Positions 1 to 10,926 of a stretch of 64,000 nt of DNA are shown piece by piece. Position numbers and translations under genes: made by a program. The notes below the pieces were generated by a model. The model made no database searches. It saw nothing but the letters and a program-made list of their open reading frames with translations, and was not told the origin of the DNA. Every line of letters begins with the position of its first letter. Position 1 is the stretch's first letter. Source of the DNA: Squalus acanthias (Eukaryota); NCBI GenBank assembly GCA_030390025.1, contig CM059432.1:5828001-5892000 (forward strand), given 5' to 3'.

Positions 1-26
1 AAGTGCCTAATAGTTTTCTTACGTCA
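1..26 (+). mobile_element. 3' end of short solo-LTR-like element, truncated by the window edge
   Basis: AAGTGCCTAATAGTTTTCTTACGTCA matches the 3' terminus of the copies at 1237-1454 and 1902-2120. Confidence 0.75.
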
Positions 27-135
27 CCCATCACTGTTCATTTGGACATCGTCGCGCTCCAATATATACCTTGAGCGATACAATGGTGGGGTGGCAGGGA
101 GTGGGGGGAGATTTAAATGGTTAGCTCATCCTTAC

Positions 136-307
136 CAATAACAGACACACATCCCAAAGGAGCGACCAGCGTGGCTGGGGCGAAACCATAGGCTGCAAAG
201 TTCCCCAGCTCACCCACTCCCATCAAGAGGATTCCACACCACCAAAGCTTGCTCTTGTAATAGGGTGTTGGGCTTTCTTGACATAATAGTCGAACGTGCG
301 TATATTT
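136..307 (-). CDS. NIPAL2: NIPA-like protein 2 (putative Mg2+ transporter), 172-bp internal coding exon
   Basis: cag|AAA...ATTG|gtaag. Encodes [57 protein letters not shown]; the [18 protein letters not shown] signature fits NIPAL2 better than NIPAL3. Confidence 0.92.
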
Positions 308-800
308 CTGTGACGGAGGAAACAAAAATTTGGGGATTACTATCAATAAAACACACTATTACCACCATCAAGGCCTTTAGACCTTAAACCACAAGACTGT
401 CAGTAAATTAAAAACTGTTTTGGCTACTTTCAAATATACAGCTAAAAAGTTCTTTTGTAAGTTTTCAATTAAAAATTAAAATGCCGACAAAGTTTTATAA
501 TGCAATTAAACGTCTCGGAACTTCTTCCAACAGCAGTGCAGCGAACACGGGATAGGGTAGCGTCTCACAGTAATATAACCTCCCACCCACCCCACATCCC
601 TGCAAAACAAAATCACTGCTTCTGTCCACTCTCGGGTTAGGTGAATCTGATCAAAGCAAAGAGATCATCGAATGGTAAGGCACCATTTCGCTTATGTCTT
701 ACTTTAGTGCGGTATAGTCAACTACAGATAAAAAAGCTGAAGGGTACGGTAGCATAGCGATTATGTTACGGGACTAGTAATCCAGAGACCTGGACTAATC

Positions 801-1137
801 ATAGAATCATAGAAATTTACAGAAAGAGGCCATTCGGCCCATCTTGTCCGTGCCGGCCGACAAAGAGCTATCCAGCCTGATCCCACTTTCCAGCTCTTGG
901 TTTGTATCCTTGTAGGTTACGGCACTTCAAGTGCATATCCAAGTACTTTAGTTTCTGCCTCTACCACCCTTTCAGGCAGTCAGTTCCAGACCCCCACCAC
1001 CCACTGGGTGAAAAAATTTCCCCTCACATCCCCTCTAAATCTCCTACCAATTACTTTAAATCTATGCCCCCTGGTTATCAACCCCTCTGCTATGAGAAAT
1101 AGGTCCTTCCTATCCACTCTATCTAGGCCCCTCATAA
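801..1137 (-). mobile_element. CR1 LINE 3' fragment nested in SINE
   Basis: FFTQ.VVGVWN-type C-terminus, (ATTCTATG)n-like tail, apparent TSD TAATC at 796-800 and 1138-1142. Confidence 0.85.
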
Positions 1138-1236
1138 TAATCCGGAGACATGAGTTCAAATCCCACTACGGCAGCTGTGGAATTTAAATTCAATTAAATA
1201 AATCTGGAATGAAAAGCTAGTATCAGTAATGGTGAC

Positions 1237-1454
1237 TGACATGAATCTTGTCATTCATGTATGAAGTAATACTGGGCGGCCTGCTGGTGGCGCTGTCCAG
1301 GGAGAGTATAAATACTCGGGCATGGGCCCAGCTTGCTCAGGACATTCTTTAACAGGAACTATGGAAGGACACAACTAGATCTCCATGTTGAAAAACAGTT
1401 GATTAAAGCTTTGTTTAACGCTTAGACCAAGTGCCAAGTAGTTTTCTTACATCA
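1237..1454 (+). mobile_element. 218-bp solo-LTR-like element
   Basis: TGAC...ATCA termini, 5-bp TSD GTGAC (1232-1236, 1455-1459), internal TATAAA and ATTAAA; the host SINE rejoins across it. Confidence 0.85.
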
Positions 1455-1901
1455 GTGACCATGAAACTACCGGATTGTCGAAAAAAAACATCTGGTTCAC
1501 TAATGTCCTTTAGGGAAGGAAATCTGCCGTTCTTACCCGGTCTGGCCTATACGTGACTCCAGACCCATAGCAATGTGGTTGACTCTTAACTGCCCTCTGA
1601 AATGGCCCAGCAAGCCACTCAGTTGTATTCAACACCACCTCTCAAGAGCAATAAATGCTGCTCTTACCACCGATGCCCACATCCCGTGAATGAATTAAAA
1701 AAAAATGTAAGATCCACCACTGTTCTGATCACATCATATAGCCATCAGTGGAAACCCCGCCAGCACGTTACACCAGGGGAGTTTGAGGAAATCCTTTTTA
1801 CTCATATCCTGGGCCTGTCCACAAGCCAAACCATTTTGGGCTATGATATCCGTTAGACAAAACCTGCTTTAGTGTCTTTTAGGGCTCCCTATGAAGATCC
1901 C

Positions 1902-2120
1902 TGACGTAAGAAAACTACTAAGCACTTGGTCTAAGCATTAAACAAAGCTTTAATCAACTGTTTTTCAACATGGAGATCTAGTTGTGTCCTTCACTAGTTC
2001 CTGATAAGAATGTCCTGCGCAAGCTGGGCCCGTGCCCGAGTATTTATACTCTCCCTGGACAGCGCCACCCGCAGGCTACTCAGTATTATTTCATAAGTCA
2101 TGAATGACAGATTCATGTCA
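1902..2120 (-). mobile_element. 219-bp solo-LTR-like element, inverted relative to 1237-1454
   Basis: TGAC...GTCA termini, 5-bp TSD ATCCC (1897-1901, 2121-2125); reverse complement aligns end to end with 1237-1454. Confidence 0.85.
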
Positions 2121-2384
2121 ATCCCTTTAAAATTTACTGACTTCCATCTCTACCCTGCATTCAGGTGCTGCCTGGCCCCAGATGCTCTACAAAAGTAGAC
2201 TGATCTGAGAAAATACGGGTTATACTCACTGGATTCTGCTTGGGGGCAATTTGTGAATCCACTGAAAAGTAAAGGCTCTCAATATCGAGGGCTACCAAAA
2301 TGTATAAAGCTATGAATGATCCTCACTGTCTGTACTGGCAAGTTCCATTTGATATAGTCTGCAATGCACCATAACTCAAAGACC

Positions 2385-2803
2385 CCCTGTGCTCGCTGAC
2401 CTACATTGGCTCCCGGTTAAGCAACGCCTCGATTTAAAAATTCTCATCCTGGTTTTCAAATCCCTCCATGGCCTCACCCCTCTCTATCTCTGTAACCTCC
2501 TCCAGCCCTACAACAATCCGATTTCTCTGCGCTCTTCCAATTCCGGCCTCTTGCGCATCCCCGATTTCAATCGCTCCACCATTGGTGGCCGTGCCTTGAG
2601 CTGCTTAGACCCTAAGCTCTGGAATTCCCTCCTTAAACCTCTCCGCCTCTCTACCTCTCTCTCTCCTCTTCTTTGACCAAGCTTTAGGTCGTCTGCCCTA
2701 ATATCTCTTTATGTGGCTCCGTCTCAAATTTTGTTCGATAATCCTGTGAAGCGCCTTGGGAATTTAAACTACGTTAAAGGCGCTGTATAAATACAAGTTG
2801 TTT
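2385..2803 (+). mobile_element. L2 LINE 3' fragment
   Basis: LADLHWLPVKQRLDLKILILVFKSLHGL...LWNSL C-terminus, and tail AAAGGCGCTGTATAAATACAAGTTGTT. Confidence 0.88.
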
Positions 2804-2827
2804 TTCATACAAGAAAATAACAGCTGC

Positions 2828-2925
2828 AATTAAAAACAGAAAATGTTGAAAATATTCAGCCAGTCAGGCAGCATCTGTGGAGAGAGAAACAGAGTCAACG
2901 TTTCAGGTTGATGACCTTTTAACAG
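2828..2925 (-). mobile_element. Penelope-like terminal fragment with decayed hammerhead core
   Basis: Reverse complement resembles 58924-59023. Confidence 0.55.
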
Positions 2926-3029
2926 CCCCACGGAAATTATTTCCTCTTATCTCAAATTGATTTTGTTCCCTCCAATGTCCGGTCTCTTCCCAGTTCTGGC
3001 AAAAGGTCATCCCTGAACCAACATAACTA

Positions 3030-3215
3030 AGAAACAGATTATCTGGTCATTTATCACATTGCTGTTTGTGGGAGCTTGCTGTGCGCAAATTGGCTGCCGC
3101 GTTTCCTACATTACAACAGTGACTCCACTTCAAAAAGTACTTCATTGGCTGTAAAGCGCTATGGGACATCCTGAGGTCGTGAAAGGCGCTATAGAAATGC
3201 AAGACTTTCTTTCTT
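3030..3215 (+). mobile_element. DeuSINE (SacSINE1-like) 3' part
   Basis: ACAGATTATCTGGTCATT...GTGAAAGGCGCTATAGAAATGCAAG, same as in the full copies. Confidence 0.85.
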
Positions 3216-3225
3216 TATTGATATT

Positions 3226-3443
3226 TTGTGAATCTTTGGAATTCTCTACCCCAAATGGCTGTGGATGCTGAGTCGTTGAGTATATTCATGGCTGAGATCG
3301 ATAGATTTTTGGACTCTAGGAGAATCGAGGGATATGGGATCGGGCGGGAAAGTGGAGTTGAAGTCAATGATCAGCCATGATCTTATTGAATGGCGGAGCA
3401 GGTTCGAGGGGCCGAATGGCCGACTCCTGCTCTTATTTCTTAT
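3226..3443 (+). mobile_element. CR1 3' fragment
   Basis: GTGAATCTTTGGAATTCTCT...GGGCCGAATGGCC..CTCCTGCTC tail. Confidence 0.85.
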
Positions 3444-3616
3444 GAGATGATGGGAAGAAATGTAATGCAAGAAATTAAAGATATTTATGCGACAGAGAGA
3501 GACAATGTGTGGCCAGCTGAGGCAGTGGGGGCACGGCACGTCTGAAATGGAGACAGGAAATGATGTTTAGAAGAATGAGAGGTGATCTCATTGAAACATA
3601 TAAGATTCTGAGGGGA

Positions 3617-4107
3617 ATATTCATGGAGCCTCTTCCTCCCGTTAGTTGCTTAATGGTCCACCACCATTCACGACTGGATGTGGCAGGACTGCAGAGCTTT
3701 GATCTGACCCGTTGATTGTGGGATCGCTTAGCCCTGTCTATAACGTGCTGCTTCTGCTTTTTAGCATGCATGTGGTCCTGTGTTGCAGCTTCCCCAGGAT
3801 GGCACCTCATTTTTAGGTACGCCTGGTGCTGCTGCTGGCATGCTCTTCTACACTCCTTCTTGAACCAGGGTTGGTCCCCTGGCTTGATGGTAATGGTAGA
3901 GTGAGGGATATGCCGGGCCGTGAGGTTATAGATTGCGGTGGAATACAATTCTGCTGCTGCTGATGGCCCACAGCGCCTCATGGATGCCCAGTTTTGAGCT
4001 GCTCGATCTGTTCTGAATCTGTCCCATTTAGCACGGTGGTAGTGCCACACAACACGATGGAGGGTGTCCTCAGTGTGAAGATGGGACTTCATCTCCAGAA
4101 GGACTGT
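3617..4107 (-). mobile_element. Internal ORF2 fragment of a second CR1/L2-group LINE (clade uncertain)
   Basis: HRVVWHYHRAKWDRF..PGDQPWF..SSREWWWTIKQL, an endonuclease-RT linker-like peptide. Confidence 0.7.
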
Positions 4108-4735
4108 GTGGCACTTCAAGAGCATATCCAAGTACTTTTTAAATGTGATGAGGGTTTCTGCCTCTACCACCCTTTCAGGCAGTGAGTTCCAGACCCCCAC
4201 CACCCTCTGGGTGAAAAAAGTTCTCCTCAACTCCCCTCTAATCCTTCCACCAATTACTTTAAATCTCTGCCCCCTGGTTATTCACCTCTCTGCTAAGGGA
4301 AATAGGTCCTTCCTATCCACTATATCTAGGCCCCTCATAATTTTATACACCTCAATTAAGTCTTCCCTTAGCCTCCTCTGTTCCAAAGACAACAACCCCA
4401 GCCTATCCAATCTTTCCTCATAGCTAAAATTCTCCAGCCCTGGCAACATCCTCGTAAATCTCTTCTGTGCCCCCTCTAGTGCAATCACATCTTTCCTGTA
4501 ATGTGGTGACCAGAACTGTACGCAGTATTCTAGCTGCGGCCTAACTAGTGTTTTATACAGTTCAAGCATAACCTCCCTGCTCTTATATTCTATGCCACGG
4601 CTAATAAAGGCAAGCATTCCGTATGCCTTCTTAACCACCTTATCTACCTGTCCTGCTACCTTCAGGGATCTGCGGACATGCACTCCAAGGTCCCTCTGTT
4701 CCTCTACACTTCTCAGTGTCCGACCAGTTATTGTG
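4108..4735 (-). mobile_element. CR1 ORF2 C-terminal fragment
   Basis: [24 protein letters not shown] motif. Confidence 0.9.
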
Positions 4736-5195
4736 TATGATCGAGCTGGCAGTAGCTGTTTCTACCGAAACAAAACACAGCACTTAATAGACTATCACCT
4801 GCTCAGAGAAAAACAATCACTTCTGCCCGTGTTAAGAAATGGGAGCCAGAATCCGTGTGGACAGGTGGTGCTGGAAGAAATTCCACTCCGCCTATTCATT
4901 CACATTAACACGTAGACAAACAAACTGGTGAAATGTGGCCACACCCAGACAGGGAAACAAATATACAATTGTGCAGGTCAATCTCTCCAACAAACACTAC
5001 CATTTATACACTGTCACCCCCACTCCCTGGCTAATTGGATGCCCTGAAAAGATTCCATTACAGCTCAGTGTTCTGGATTCTGTCGGATTATTGTTGAATC
5101 CGCTGTGGGACTGAATTTTATTCTCTTCTTTGTTTTAAAGTAGTTCAGTTCGAGGAAAATTACCCAATGGCCATATGAAAGAATGGAACAAGAAA

Positions 5196-5548
5196 ATGGG
5201 TCTAGGCAGAGTAGATAGAGAGAAACTGTTCCCATTGGCGGAAGGGTCGAGAACCAGGGAACACAGATTTAAGGGGATTGGCAAAAGAACCAAAGGAGAC
5301 ATGAGGAAAAACTTTTTTACACAGCGAGTGGTTATGATCTGGAATGCACTGCCGGAAAGGGTGGTGGAGGCAGACTCAATCGTGGCTTTCAAAAGGGAGT
5401 TGGATAAGTACCTGAAGGAAAAACATTTGCAGGGCTACGGGGAAAGGGCGGGGGAGTGGGACTAGCTGAGGTGCTCTTGCAGAGAGCTGGCACGGGCTCG
5501 ATGGTCCGAATGGCCTCCTTCTGTGCTGCAACCATTCTATGATTCGAT
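5196..5548 (+). mobile_element. CR1 3' fragment
   Basis: RVDREKLFPLAEGSRTR..FFTQRVV, and ATTCTATGATT tail. Confidence 0.9.
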
Positions 5549-5639
5549 GGGATTCAGCCCATCAGTTTACAATCTGCCCCATCACGGACTGTATCCCACT
5601 TACTTAACCACCTGAAGGAATGTTATTCCAGACAATTGA

Positions 5640-6068
5640 GCAGAATGGGCCTATATTCTCTGGAGTTTAGAAGATTTAGAGGTGATCTCATTGAAACATA
5701 TAAGATTCTTACAGTGCTTGACAGGATGGATACTGAGAGGTTGTTTCCCTGGCTGGAGAGTTTAGAACCAGGGAACATAGTCTCAGGATAAGGAGTCGGC
5801 CATTTAAGACCGAGATGAGGAGGAATTTCTTCACTCAGAGGGTGGTGAATCTTTGGAATTCTCTGCCCCAGAGGGCTGTGGAGGCTCAGTCGTTGAGTAT
5901 ATTAAAGGCAGAGATTGATAGATTTTTGGATATTAAGGGAATCAAGGGATATGGGGATAGTGCGGGAAAGTGGAGATGAGGTAGAAGATCAGCCATGATC
6001 TTATTGAATGGCGGAGCAGGCTCGAGGGGCCAAATGGCCAACTCCTGCTCCTAATTCTTATGTTCTTA
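5640..6068 (+). mobile_element. CR1 3' fragment
   Basis: TTCTTCACTCAGAGGGTGGTGAATCTTTGGAATTC, and TTCTTATGTTCTT tail. Confidence 0.88.
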
Positions 6069-6094
6069 ATTGCCATAAAATAAAGAGCTTGCCT

Positions 6095-6558
6095 GTGTGA
6101 GCTGTGGCTCAGTGGATAGCACACTTGCCCTCTGAGTCAGAAGGTTGTGGGTTCAAGTCCCACACCAGAGACTTGACTGCAAAAAAAAATCTAGGCTGAT
6201 GTGCCAGTGCAGTGCTGAGGGAGTGCTGCGCTGTCGGAGGTGCTGTCTTTTAGAGGAGATGTTAAACCGAGGCCCTGTCTACCCTCTCAGGTGGGCATAA
6301 AAGATCCTATGGCACTATTTCAAAGAAGAGCAGGGGAGTTCTCCTGGTGTCCTGGGGCCAATATTTATCCCTCAATCAACATCACTGAAAAACAGATTAT
6401 CTGGTCATTATCACATTGCTGTTTGTGGGAGCTTGCTGTGCACAAATTGGCTGCCGTGTTTCCTGCATTACAACAGTGGCTGCACTTCATTGGCTATGAA
6501 GCGCTTTGGGACATCCGGTGATCGTGAAAGGTGCTATATAAATGCAAGTCTTTCTTTC
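6095..6558 (+). mobile_element. DeuSINE (SacSINE1-like), near full length
   Basis: tRNA-like head GCTGTGGCTCAGT..GGTTCAAGTCCC, Deu core GGAGGTGC..AAACCGAGG..AAAGATCC.ATGGCACT, L2-like tail. Confidence 0.88.
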
Positions 6559-6835
6559 ATTATCTAACTGAATTTTATAGTTTCATCCAAAGAGTAAAAG
6601 GAAGTTTCAGAAGGAATAGGTTCCGCTTATCAGATAGCAGGTGGTCACGGTTTCACACGTACCCCTGCTTTGGGGGATTCGGTTGGCCTCTGTAACCCTT
6701 TTGATGACACTTTGCTGAGGCTCATTGCAATACAATTTTAAAAAAAACTAGAGAGTTCATAAAAAACAATTTTCGAAATGTTTATGTAGCCTTTGAAAGT
6801 GGCGAGATATTTAACAAGATTGAGGGCTTTTACAT

Positions 6836-7395
6836 AGAATTAGCAGCACAGTAACAGGCCGTTCGGCCCCACAGGTCCACGGCGGTGTTTATGCTCCGCA
6901 CGAGCCTCCTCCCACCGCTCTTCATCTAACCGTTTCTCCCTCATGTGTTTATCTAGTTTCCCCTTAAATACATCTATGCTATTCGCCTCAATTACTCCCT
7001 GTGGGAGCGAGTTCTGGGTAAAGAGGTTTCTCCTGAATTGCATTTATTGGTGACTGTCTTATATTTATGGCTAATGTTCCCACTAATTTTCTTTTTCCTG
7101 CGCGGGGCCATTAAATTCGCTGCGTGGCTGCGCATGCGCGGTATCTCTTCCAGCGGCAGCGCTGGTGAGCAGTCTGCGCGGGACCTCACGATTGGTGCGT
7201 GGCCGCGCACCTTCGGTGGAACGTTGTTTATGGCCCCTGGTTCTGGTCTCCCCCACAGGTGGAAACATCTTCTCTGCGTCTACCCTATCGAACCCCTTCA
7301 TAATCTTAAAGAGCTCTATCAGGTCACCTCTTGGCCTTCACTTTTCTAGAGAGAAGAGCCCCAGCCTGTTTAGTCTTTCCTGATAGTTATTACCT
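6836..7395 (-). mobile_element. Older CR1 3' fragment interrupted by a hAT MITE
   Basis: KGFDRVDAEKMFPPVGETRTRGH / NSLPQGVIEANSI peptides on either side of the insert. Confidence 0.8.
7072..7226. mobile_element. 155-bp hAT-type MITE
   Basis: Termini TAATGTTCC / GGAACGTTG; perfect 8-bp TSD TTTATGGC (7064-7071, 7227-7234). Confidence 0.85.
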
Positions 7396-7400
7396 CTTAC

Positions 7401-7868
7401 AGTGTCAGCTGTGGCTCAGTGGGTAGCATTCTCGTCTCTGAGTCAGAAGGTTGTGGGTTCATAGTCTCACTCCAGGGACTTGAGCACATAAAGCTAGGCT
7501 GACACGCCAGTGCAGGGCTAAGGGAGTGCTGCACTGTCGGAGGTGCCGTCCTTCGGATGAGATGTTAAACCGAGGCCCCATCTGCCCTCTCGGGTGGATG
7601 TAAATAGATCCCATGGCACTATTTCGAAGAAGAGTAGGGGAGTTATCCCCATTGTCCTTGCCAATTATATCCCTCAACCACCATAACAAAAACAGATTAT
7701 CTGGTCATTATCACATTGCTGGTTGTGGGAGCTTGCTGTGCGCAAATTGGCTGCCGTGTTTCCCACATTACAAGAGCGATTACAATCCGAAAAGTACTTC
7801 ATTGGCTATAAAGTGCTTTGAGACGTCTGGTGGTCGTGAAAGGCACTATATAAATGCAAGTTTTTCTT
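7401..7868 (+). mobile_element. DeuSINE (SacSINE1-like), full length
   Basis: Head, Deu core and tail all present. Confidence 0.9.
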
Positions 7869-8639
7869 AGTTCTGGTATCATCCTTTTTTGCTCCTTCTC
7901 CAGGGCCTCTATATCCCTTTTGATAATATTCCTTTAGTATTAAATCATCCTTTAGATAGAGAATTCCACCGTAAAGAGACATGGCAGCTGAAGACTCTGC
8001 CACTGATGGTAGGATAAAGCGGGGAGGATGCACAGTAGGCCAGAGTCACATGAGCGAAGAACTGGAACAAAGAACGAGAGGAGGTCAGAGGGATAGCGTG
8101 AGGCAAGGCCATGGAGGGATTTGTAAATGAGAATGAGAATTCTAAAAAATCAGTGCACTGGGAGACGGGGTGTCAGGTGAGGTCAGCACAATGTGGTGAT
8201 TGATAGAAAGCAGGACGGTACAGAGATTAATGTGGATGCAGAGTTTGCAAGAGTTGAAGTTTACGTAGGATGGAGAACATTGAAAAAGTCACTTGGTTTC
8301 CAACAATCTAGGTAAAGCAATTAATACGAAGTGGAAGACATCCAGTTTAAAACTCAACCTTGCAGATCAAATGTTAAAAATTAATAAGCGGCAGCCACTA
8401 TGGAACATATCTTCCATGCTTCAAGAAGCACTTACTAAGCACCTTCAGTGATTCACTCAAGATTATGGGAAAGTGTACCTTTGTCGCGTGGTACGTTCAT
8501 TCCCGGAATACCACACACAGATATTACAATGACTCCAAAATAAAGTGATAGGGGACTGAAAGGGCGGTGGAAGCAGATTCAATAGTGAATTTCAAAAGGG
8601 AATTGGATATATACTTGAAAAGGAAACATTTGCAGACTG

Positions 8640-8997
8640 CCCTGGAGTCTCTAGGAATTGAAGATTAATCTCCAGGACACTGGTGTGAGAAAAATCCGGG
8701 AGAAAAACCAACTGGACATCAAAATAAATCGCGTTTTTTTCCAATTTCTTTGAACATTTTTGTTTATTAGTTATTAAAATATTGGAGCTGGGGGTTAAAA
8801 AAAAAAGGCTGTCTGACTAACCGTCAAGATTAATCCAATCAGTTAGTAAAGAGTCTGTTCCCTTTCCAATTGGCCGTGGGAAGGCCGTGCGCTCAGAGCA
8901 TGGACCAATGGCGGGAGCGTGGAGGCGGGGCGCTTCGATCCGGGAGGTCATGTGATGAAAGGTCCAGGAATACACCCGGGCTGAGTTGGCAACCCTG
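8640..8997. mobile_element. Non-autonomous DNA transposon fragment (hAT-like terminus)
   Basis: Ends in GTTGGCAACCCTG; a related end in opposite orientation lies at ~18444-18508. Confidence 0.55.
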
Positions 8998-9325
8998 CAC
9001 ATCTTCGGCAGCACCTCCTAAACCCGCAACCTCTTCCACCGAGAAGGACAAGGGCAGCAGGCGCGTGGGAACACCACCACCTCCAAGTTCCCCTCCAAGT
9101 CGCACACCATCCTGACTTGGAAATATATCGGCCGTTCCTTCATCGTCGCTGGGCCAAAATCCTGGAACTCCCTCCCTAGCAGCACTGTGGGAGTATCTTC
9201 ACCACACGGACTGCAGCGGTTCAAGAAGGCGGCTGACCACCACCTTCTCCAGGGCAACTAGGGATGGGCGATAAATGCTGGCCTTGCCAGCGACACCCAC
9301 ATCCCAGGAACGAATAAAAAAAAAC
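8998..9325 (+). mobile_element. 3' end of second CR1/L2-group LINE
   Basis: SFIVAGPKSWNSLP..RFKKAADHHLLQGN, and tail GCGATAAATGCTGGCC..CACATCCCAGGAACGAATAAAA. Confidence 0.8.
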
Positions 9326-9659
9326 ACACAATGGGCCGAATGGCCTCCTTCTGTGCTGTAAATTTCTGTGATTACAAAATTAACAAGCTTCAAGCAAAAC
9401 AAAGAACCAAAATTATTTCCCCACAATTCTTTGGAACAGACACTCGATGAAAGTAGTTACTGATGTCAACCAACGCCTTTTGAAAAGGGTTGGATAAATA
9501 TCTGGTTTGCAATGGGGTTAAATGGTATAAAGAAAGTACAAACAGAGATGATTGAATGCTGTGTGGAATGTTATGGTTCTTGAGCTGGGTCAAAATCCTG
9601 GAACTCCCTCCCTACCAGCACTGTGGGAGCACCTTCACCACACAGACTGCAGCGGTTCA

Positions 9660-10245
9660 ATTATATAGGGCCCTGGTGAGACCACACCTGGAGTATTGTG
9701 TACAGTTTTGGTCTCCTTACCTAAGGAAGGATATACTTGCTATAGAGGGAGTGCAACCAAGGTTCACCAGACTGGTTCCTGGGATGGCGGGATTGTCCTA
9801 TGAGGAGAGATTGAGTAGACTAGGACTATATTCTCTAGAGTTTAGGAGAATGAGAGGTGATGTCATTGAAAACATACAAAATTCTTACAGGGCTTGACAG
9901 GGTAGATACAGGGAGGATGTTTCCCCTGGCTGGGGAGTCTAAAACCAGGGGTCACAGTATCAGAATATGGGGTCGGCCATTTAGGACTGAGATGAGGAGA
10001 AATTTCTTCACTCAGAGGGTGGTGAATCTTTGGGATTCTCTACCCCAGAGGGCTGTGGAGGCTCAGTCATTGAGTATATTCAAGATAGAGATCACTAGAT
10101 TTTTGGATATTAAGGGAATCAAGGGATATGGGGATAGTGCAGGAAAGTGGAGATGAGGTAGAAGATAAGCCATGATCTTATTGAACGGCGGAGCAGGCTC
10201 GAGGGGCCAAATGGCCGACTCCTGCTCCTAATTCTTATGTTCTTA
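9660..10245 (+). mobile_element. CR1 3' fragment
   Basis: [24 protein letters not shown] motif and tail. Confidence 0.9.
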
Positions 10246-10271
10246 ATTGCCATAAAATAGAGAGCTTGCCT

Positions 10272-10520
10272 GTGTGAGCTGTGGCTCAGTTGGTATCACC
10301 CTTGCCTTCTGAGTCAGAAGGTTGTGGGTTCCAATTCCCACCCCATGAGACTTGACTGCAAAAAATGTAGGCTGATGTGCCAGTGGAGTGCTGTGCTGTC
10401 TTTTAGAGGAGATGTTAAACCGAGGCCCTGTCTACCCTCTCAGGTGGACATAAAAGATCCTATGGCGCTATTTCAAAGAAGAGCAGGAGAGTTCTCCCCA
10501 GTGTCCTGGCCAATATTTAT
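10272..10520 (+). mobile_element. DeuSINE 5' part, followed by a repeated CR1 tail (10520-10630)
   Basis: Shares distinctive variants with the copy at 6095. Confidence 0.85.
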
Positions 10521-10857
10521 CAAGGGATATGGGGGTAGTGCAGGAAAGTGGAGATGAGGTAGAAGATCAGCCATGATCTCATTGAATGGCGGAGCAGGCT
10601 CGAGGGCCGAGTGGCCTAATTCTTATGTTCTGAAAGCGGCTCACCACGACCTCCTCAAGGGCAATTAGGGATGGGCGATAAATGCTGGCCTTGCCAGTGA
10701 CGCCCACATCCCGTGAATGAATTTTTAAAAAGTGCTCCTGGCCTCAATCGGGACCACATACGGTCACAACAATTGGCGACGAAGTGCTTCGCGGAGGGAG
10801 GACAGAAAACAAGTGAATAACGGCCAAACAATTCAAAGACAGAGAATGTTACTGTAC

Positions 10858-10926
10858 CTGTATATTTAGTGAAATACTGATAAGGATATTTCCAGTTATC
10901 GCTAAGACTGTGCCCAAAAGGTTAGT
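10858..10926 (-). CDS. NIPAL2: NIPAL2 69-bp internal coding exon (first TM helix)
   Basis: tttctctccag|ACT...CAG|gtacag. Encodes TNLLGTVLAITGNILISISLNIQ; phase 0/0, splices in frame onto exon 136-307 (ISISLNIQ-KY). Too short for the ORF track. Confidence 0.92.

Larger units (their letters stand above)
744..1706 (+). mobile_element. tRNA-derived SINE, interrupted by a CR1 fragment and a solo LTR
   Basis: A-box/B-box-like head (TAGCATAGCG...GAGTTCAAATCCC). The tail GCAATAAATGCT..GCCCACATCCCGTGAATGAATTAAAA is shared with the LINE 3' ends at 8998-9325 and 10635-10731. Confidence 0.7.

Noticed and set aside
113..346. 77-aa ORF as a standalone gene
   Set aside because: Only 136-307 is exon; the flanking residues are intron read-through past clear splice sites.
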